This document shows, piece after piece, positions 58,601-64,000 of a stretch of 64,000 nucleotides of DNA. The stretch comes from Paramoeba atlantica (lineage: Eukaryota > Protista > Discosea). The stretch's first letter is position 1. The number at the start of each line of letters is the position of its first letter. The stretch covers positions 372,001 to 436,000 of the forward strand of contig CDRNVI010000060.1 of NCBI GenBank assembly GCA_977017575.1, written 5' to 3'. The notes under the pieces are model-generated. The model had not been told where the DNA came from, made no database searches, and saw nothing but the letters and a program-made list of their open reading frames with translations. Made by a program: the position numbers and the translations under genes.

Positions 58601-59886
58601 GGGGAACATTCGAGTGCGGCTTACGTTGCCTCCGTAGCTTTCTCAACGGACAAAGACCGTTGGGACCCAGCGGACGCTGAGGGCTTTGACCATGCCGTGC
58701 GGGAGGTGAACAGGCGTGCCGGAAAGACGGTGGTCCAACAAGGTGGCAAAATTCCGAAAAGTATGGCTTTGGCGACTGATTCTCCGTATACCGACGCGCA
58801 GGAATCCGGAACAGAACTGGTGATTCCCCGACAACGCGACCTTAGCCACGCCATCGCCAACCAGGAATTTCACGAGGCATTTGCGAAAGCCGACCTTCGC
58901 ACACGGGCCAGATGGATATCAGAAACAGGAGAAGGAGCCTCAGAATGGGCTTTTGTGATCCCCTCCAAGAAAACCGGTCTGGCTTTCACACCGACGGAGT
59001 TTCGCACCCTCACACGCTGGTGGCTAGGGGACCCAATCTATCCTGCGTCCCGGCCTTGTCCTATGGAAAAATGCACGCTACCGCTAGATCCCGAGGGTGA
59101 CCACGCTCTGGGGTGCAAAAGCGGACATGGTATAATCGCACGCCACAACGCACTAGCGGCACAGTTTACTTCTGAATGTAAAAAGGCCGGTTTCACCCCG
59201 CGGAGAGAAGTGAGTCTGGGCAACAAGGGTCCTGGGGGCGCCCTCACCAGGCCCGGAGACGTGTTCATCCCTACAATCGGGCTAGGCCAGTCTCTTGTAT
59301 TAGACTTCGCCGTCACTCATGTTCAGCAACCAAAGTATACGGACTTAGTCCGTGATGCTAACTGGGTGACGGCGGGGTCTTTTGCGGAACGATACGCCAC
59401 CGAAAACAAAAAGAAGCAAAGAGAGGAAGCAGAGTTTGCACGCCATCGATTTGGAGCGATGGTCGTGGAATCTTATGGAGCGTGGAGTCGAAGCGCCTTT
59501 GCGATCCTCAAGGAGGTTTCCGTCTCTCGTGCGGCATACTCCGGGGGTACCCTTTCGAACGGGGAAGCCTTACACCAATTGGTGACGTCACTTAACATCA
59601 CTCTGATGCGGATACAGGCTCGGATGCTGGTACTCCGACTTCCCGCGGCGGTCCCTGACACGGCCCTCCTTGGATATGGGAACGATGAGTAATTCGGTCC
59701 CCCCCAATCATTTAACAGCCGCAGGGGGGGGAGGGTGTTTCTCTGCGAAAGGGGGGGGGCAAGGGGGGGTACCAAGTCACTAACCGACTTGCCGTCACGG
59801 GTCTTAGTTTTGGTGCGGGAGTGATTTGATTAGGGGTGGATTTCGGGTAGAATTGTTTACTAGTTTTTAGTAAAAAAAAAAAAAAA
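55619..59886 (+). mobile_element. SL-LsmAD-CRE chimera, copy 2, full length to poly(A)
   Basis: SL agtttctgtaccttgttg (55619-55636); LsmAD ORF 55666-56076 out of frame with the element ORF; A15 tail at 59872-59886. Confidence 0.9.
56018..59692 (+). CDS. CRE-clade non-LTR polyprotein (Zn fingers, RT, CCHC, restriction-like endonuclease), uninterrupted
   Basis: CPFEGC..HVANRH; RPIAAGETLRRL; VDLKNAFN; GVQQGDPLGPLLF; WYLDDG; CPMEKC..HALGC; RHN; RPGDV; LDFAVTH. Confidence 0.95.
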   Translation: MKEKCERHNRGIARTEYNYDDDKLIFPDLTPQDLDFSLSGGTKVRKKKKRPKGISLSQLHTQLCTESGGDSDDRDSTDASTSVHSSPAESPLKKLTPKTAVGKRKRPQQVSKTTSPDAPKAETMNNAPEPTPTQNCAIEKTHTTHENTRKCPFEGCTWKTGPHGGQWQAFHNHVANRHSDEVPDEWWKDEGRFRCHDCNKHYDQGKRETHDKICMFRHSSPQSRPSPSTSSADPVLSPNVDSNALPALNSPSTPSHQSVVSENVKVSDTPLPSLSSISALLINSCKDIPNSCRQEWAKTLCGCLSTAARENTLEAWTLLAMLPKCVLPAPHRGGNRAKASYASHVKKCLARWSNKDFLALWKEAVSSVSRKKKNVPQALTIDEEVKKAALRAERLVRDAELSRAMTALTSEPLAPDDDATYSKLQAKHPQRLDSTFNVASPSAPEAKPLEATEDEVAEALATFHRGSSGGAFGMRPEHVQAAMQYHHDAYTDPLGTLTKFTNHLLAGKAPLEVKDYFAGGRLCALKKGEHDVRPIAAGETLRRLASKVACLSAKFKARKLFRGHQYGVATPAGAERIIHLCRKTFAEHIEDDDFLLCKVDLKNAFNNVSRDFFVALTRQHFPELGAYVEWCYNTQSILTFGSRFIESSEGVQQGDPLGPLLFSLVMKEVSLQIHTAAPKLALNLWYLDDGILAGPSCDVRHALDMIAMSGPKWGLHINVAKCEIATHPASSHRCSLFPDIPGLNTNSAGNFHILGSPIGSTEFCREFFLKNTIDMAEESLEAIATLEDPQVALSLIRHCTGFCKMVYSLRTTPTTELQDICQRLDDAVQRTIEHFFRPLSDGARRQAQREKRYGGLGLRSAGEHSSAAYVASVAFSTDKDRWDPADAEGFDHAVREVNRRAGKTVVQQGGKIPKSMALATDSPYTDAQESGTELVIPRQRDLSHAIANQEFHEAFAKADLRTRARWISETGEGASEWAFVIPSKKTGLAFTPTEFRTLTRWWLGDPIYPASRPCPMEKCTLPLDPEGDHALGCKSGHGIIARHNALAAQFTSECKKAGFTPRREVSLGNKGPGGALTRPGDVFIPTIGLGQSLVLDFAVTHVQQPKYTDLVRDANWVTAGSFAERYATENKKKQREEAEFARHRFGAMVVESYGAWSRSAFAILKEVSVSRAAYSGGTLSNGEALHQLVTSLNITLMRIQARMLVLRLPAAVPDTALLGYGNDE

Positions 59887-60238
59887 GCCAAATTTTCAAA
59901 TTGCTAATTTGATTGCTTGTTTTCAACTCGTATACCCCCCCCCCCCCCAATGGACCTACTTGGTTCGTCTACTGGGTCAAAATATAGAGGCAAAAAAAAA
60001 AAAAAAAAAAATAGAATATATTTTAGAAGAAAGAATTTTTCAGTCTTGAACGTTTGAGGTGGAAAAAAAGATATTTTTAAAAAAAAAACAAATATACTCG
60101 TCGTTGACCGTCCCAGGATTTATGTACGCAGCACACTATTCGTCTCATTTTAGAAATTTCAGTGTCCATTTTCAGTAAATCGGAGGTCGAGATCTTCCAC
60201 GTGCTACAACCATAGGAAATAACTGGCATAACTAAAGT

Positions 60239-61921
60239 TTGAAATATACGAGTCAAAAAAAATCTGAACTGTTGTTCTACGGGAAAGATGGTACGCTACA
60301 CGGCACGGTTAGTAGTTCTCGAGGTGTGCGGCAGGGGTCGCCGCTTTCCAGCTTTCTTTTCTGCACCTTCATGCAGCCAATGCTCGCAACATTGGCTCTT
60401 GAATACCCAACGCTGAAAATTTTTGCCTATATCGATGACATAAATCTGGTGTCCGACGACGCGGATCTTTTGACGAAAGCGTTCTATAGACTGTGGGACC
60501 TTTTGGGCGAGAGAGATGTACAACTCGCTAACAGAAAATGTGTGTGGTTTGGCGGGAGAGAAGGTAGAGAAATTCCAGAGACTCTAAAGATGGCCGGGGT
60601 GAATTCTGAGTCAGATGCCCTGAAAGCACTAGGGGCATACATCGGAGAAAATGAACGGGTCAGCAATCTTCTTTTAAGGAATCTTCGTAAGCATAAAACA
60701 ATTTTTAGAAGATTGCGGAGAATGGGAGCAAATAATGTCTCGTGCCTCATCCTGTCGAAATGCGTCAATGTGAGACAAAGATACCAGATTCGAACGCACG
60801 CGCCGGAGGCATCTGGAGAGATGGCGAAGGAATTTGACTCAGAGGTAGAAGACGTTCTGAAAGCATGGCTTGGTCCTTTGACATCCGATCAAGTCGAGTG
60901 GGCTCGTTTGCCGCTGTCGATGGGTGGTTTGGGCCTGTCTTCAACGGACTCTATCCGAGTGGCCGCATATGAGGCTTCGCAACACGCAGCTTTAGAGCAG
61001 CAAAAAAAGTTTTCAGCTCAAGTCGCGACGTGCGATGCCTCAACAGTGGCCGCTGTACCGGAAGAAGAGTCTGCGGAGAAAGCAGTACACAAGGCGATAA
61101 AAACGCGTCTGTGTGAAACCAAGAAAACTGCGCAGATAATGCAGGCAACTACTCGGAAAGGAAGCTACTCGTGGCTGCACGCGACCGAACGATTTATACC
61201 GACGCGACAATACACCCTAGCAGTGATGCCGAGGCTCGGTATCTGTCACCCGGAGCTCCCTTCATCCTTTCTCTGCCCGGGCTGCAAAACGGAAATCAAC
61301 GGCGAGACCGCTCTCACCCACGTGCCGGGATGCGTCAGGTGCACCGGAACGAATTCGACTACGAAGCACAATTGTGTGATTCGTTACATCTACGACCTTT
61401 GCATGAAGGCCGGTATCCCATGCGAGCGGGAGCCCCGTCAGTTTTCATCGTACACGTGCCTCGGGTGCTCGGAGGTAATTTCCGAAGAGCGAAAGAGGGA
61501 GCATGCAACAGCGTGCAAAGGCAGCGCGTTGCATCGATCGGGCCCCGATTTGGTAGTATATTGGGCCACAGGGGAGATCTTTTATGACCTTACAGTCGTA
61601 CACGAGCTCGCTCCTTCCATTCTCGGTACCAAGCCAGCAAAAGCACTCCAAGACGCGATCACGAGGAAACGCACCAAGTACGTGGCGACCAAAATATTAA
61701 GAGAGGACGACTTTCGGTGCTTACCCATCCTTGCAAGCGGATCACTTCACGCCAACACAAGAGAGCTACTACACATTTTGGCCGAGAAATCGTCCATGAA
61801 TCCGCAGGCGGTGGAACGAGACTTTGCGCTGCATTTGCAAGAATTGAATGGGGCAGTGTTAAACTGCCAGTTGCGTCGGTTCTTGGAGCCCCGTACAGAG
61901 GAGGATACTTATGGCTTCTAG
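60239..61921 (+). pseudogene. 5'-truncated CRE/SLACS-like retrotransposon (RT domains 4-7 to RLE), different family from 56018
   Basis: GVRQGSPLSSFLF, AYIDDI, ARLPLSMGGLG, CPGC..HVPGC, KHN, GPDLV, YDLTVVH. Confidence 0.88.
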
Positions 61922-62943
61922 ATTTAGCTTTAATTTCTTTAGAATGGATTTCTTACACTCGTTTTTTAATATATAGTTAGAGATGTGCGGTTGTAGTTTT
62001 CTCCGTGTGGGATGCTAATCCCCAAGTGGGACGTACGAAAACATGTAGTCCCTTTTCAGCCCATGATGAAAATTTTAGAAAATGCCCGTATTATTTTATT
62101 TATAACATTTATTTATAATATTTAGTATTGCAGGAACTCTTTGAGTAATACATGTAAAAATGTGAAATCGTTTTAATGCACCGTATTCATACATGTATGG
62201 AAGTAAACGATGGATAATTATGTGTAACTCATTGTAATCCTAGCCGTATTTTCAAAGCAAAAAACGCACAATGAATGGCTAGGGGGGACCTTCGATGAGT
62301 ACTCATCGTAAGTTGTAGACTTTCGATGAGTCTCACGGAAAGTTGTAGACTTTCGATGAGTACTCATCGAAGGTGTTTTTGACTTTTTCAATTTTTCGTA
62401 TTTTATCATTTTTTTTGCGAAGGGCCAACTGTGAGCGTAGCCCTGGGACATAATATTTTTTGGCGACCCGTGCGCTCCATGCGGAGGTGGTGGATATTGG
62501 CACGGCGGGCGGAGGAGGAGTTGGCATCACGGCCTTCTTTTTCCGGCGGGCAGGAGGGAGCGGCAAAATCTCAGGACTACTCCTGATTCTTTTGCTTGGG
62601 TGCGTGTGAACACTAGAAGTCTACGAATAGAATTGTTCGAAGGATATCGAGTTTCCTGTAGGGTGGGGGGGTGGCCCCACGGGGCACATGATATTCTCAT
62701 ATTATGATTTTTACTTAGTTAAATTGTCAGAGTTTAATCGTACATCAATTAGTACGAAAATTTTTTCCTATTCCTCAGTCGCCGCGAGAGAACTCTATCA
62801 CCACGCGAAACGCGTAGTCCATCGATCGTGCCAGAGAATCCGATGGGAAGCTCGGAAATGAGCATAATGAAATCAAGAGTGTGTGAAAAGCTTTTGCTGG
62901 CGAAGGATGTGGCACCGGTTCTATTAATAAGATATGCTTAAAT

Positions 62944-63393
62944 AATCCAGTAACACCCCCTCCTCATCCGGATACAGTTCCACACCGCCACACCTTATAC
63001 ACGGATGCTTCGTCGACGGGATGGGGAGCAATATTGTACCTCGACTACGGGCAAGTAGTTTGTGTGGGGGATCGCTGGGAGGAGAACTTCGCGTACGAAG
63101 TGAACAAAGCAGAGACGAGGGCCGTTCGTCTCGCTTTCGAGCGTTTGGTACATCACTTCCACCGAGGAACTTGTGTGGACCTTTTCATCGATAACACATC
63201 GTGTTTAGCATCAATTAAAAAGAAATCAACAAACTCAGACGGAATTCATTTTGAACTGAAGCCATTGCTGCAATTCTTAAGAAAGCAGGGAATTACCGTA
63301 CAGCCGGAATACATTTCATCAAAATTGAATCCCGCAGATCCAATCAGTCGACAACAGGTCCAGAGCAGTGCGAAAGGGAAAATTTGTGACTAG
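62944..63393 (+). pseudogene. TATE-type RNase H fragment, 5'-truncated
   Basis: PDTVPHRHTLYTDASSTGWG, AETRAVRLA, LFIDNTS, LNPADPISR; close relative of the 41427 copy. Confidence 0.88.
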
Positions 63394-63695
63394 CGAAAGG
63401 GTGGTCCCCGCGTGGACACCCGTTCGCGACAGGGAGAGACAATGCATCTCTCGGTGAGTGAATGTTATAGTATTATTAGTTTGTTCAAATTGGTTTCTAC
63501 GGATAGTTTCAAATTCAATTGTAAAATAAAAGAGTGCAGAGATGTACATAGGATACCGTTAAAACAAATTATCAATATACATTATGTAGACTGAAGTTCA
63601 CCTTTTCGTACAATATATTTTATAGTTTCTTTATGTTGTGCAGGGGCTCACCCGGAGGGCAATTCTCCCATGAAAGGTAAAGAAAAGTAAATAAT

Positions 63696-63734
63696 CAACA
63701 AGGTACAGAAACTGTATCTTTATCGTTAAAGATT
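63696..63734 (-). other. Apparently full-length (39-nt) SL exon copy, not followed by a GT donor
   Basis: Minus strand aatctttaacgataaagatacagtttctgtaccttgttg, then attatttacttttctttacctttc-ATG. Confidence 0.85.
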
Positions 63735-64000
63735 ATTGTACGTGTGCTTCTCTCTAGATTCGTGGGAAGCAATTTGCGAAGCTCAACTACCTTGATAACA
63801 AATTTTAGTACCCATTTTGGCCGCGCGGGGGCCCCCGCGTGAGCGGGGGTGCGCGCGGCCGCGAAACGGCGAGGGCCCGCGTGAGCGGGCCTGAGCCGTA
63901 CCCCGCGTAGGATTCCCCTGTGCGTCGTTAGTGGGAAGCAATTTGCGAAGCTCACTGAATTTCGTAGTTTTCGCTACGGAGGCGTTGTCAACGTATGTAG

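Noticed and set aside
59872-59900. SL-gene target remainder after the CRE poly(A)
   Set aside because: The flank (gccaaattttc) does not match the SL, and no TSD with the 55619 end was found, so canonical SL-gene targeting is not supported for this copy.
62291-62371. CRISPR-like repeats with the palindrome gatgagtactcatc
   Set aside because: Only about 2.6 tandem units of 30-31 bp, no unique spacers, no cas genes, eukaryotic context.

Overview
Eukaryotic, intron-poor DNA, most likely from a euglenozoan (kinetoplastid-like) protist. The assignment is inferred from six fragments of a spliced-leader (SL)-like exon, TATE-like and CRE/SLACS-like retroelements, and co-oriented intronless genes. Nine host genes all lie on the minus strand: a CorA-family transporter missed by the ORF track, RPL36, a TDRD3/RMI1-like gene, an LRR protein, delta-COP, thioredoxin, two kinetoplastid-type probable mitochondrial proteins and one unknown ORF. 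They sit in a dense field of mostly plus-strand transposable elements: several Tc1/mariner families (one intact, with TIRs and TA TSD), a Merlin element (33-bp TIRs, 8-bp TSD) encoding a transposase-SWIM fusion, CRE-, HERO- and RTE-like non-LTR pieces, and five TATE/DIRS-type RT-RNase H copies. Best candidates for new biology: (1) SL-headed cDNA copies of mRNA 5' ends integrated at retroelement junctions, including an SL + LsmAD (ataxin-2/PBP1) head fused to a CRE-clade retrotransposon in two near-identical copies; (2) a DIRS/TATE-type RT-RNase H element with no recognisable recombinase, inserted with a 29-bp target-site duplication next to its own empty site; (3) a conserved novel domain ending in a 2A-like/di-Gly motif in RLE-type elements. 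All family assignments come from motif recognition by eye, with no database searches. Chimeric junctions should be confirmed with long reads to exclude assembly artefacts.
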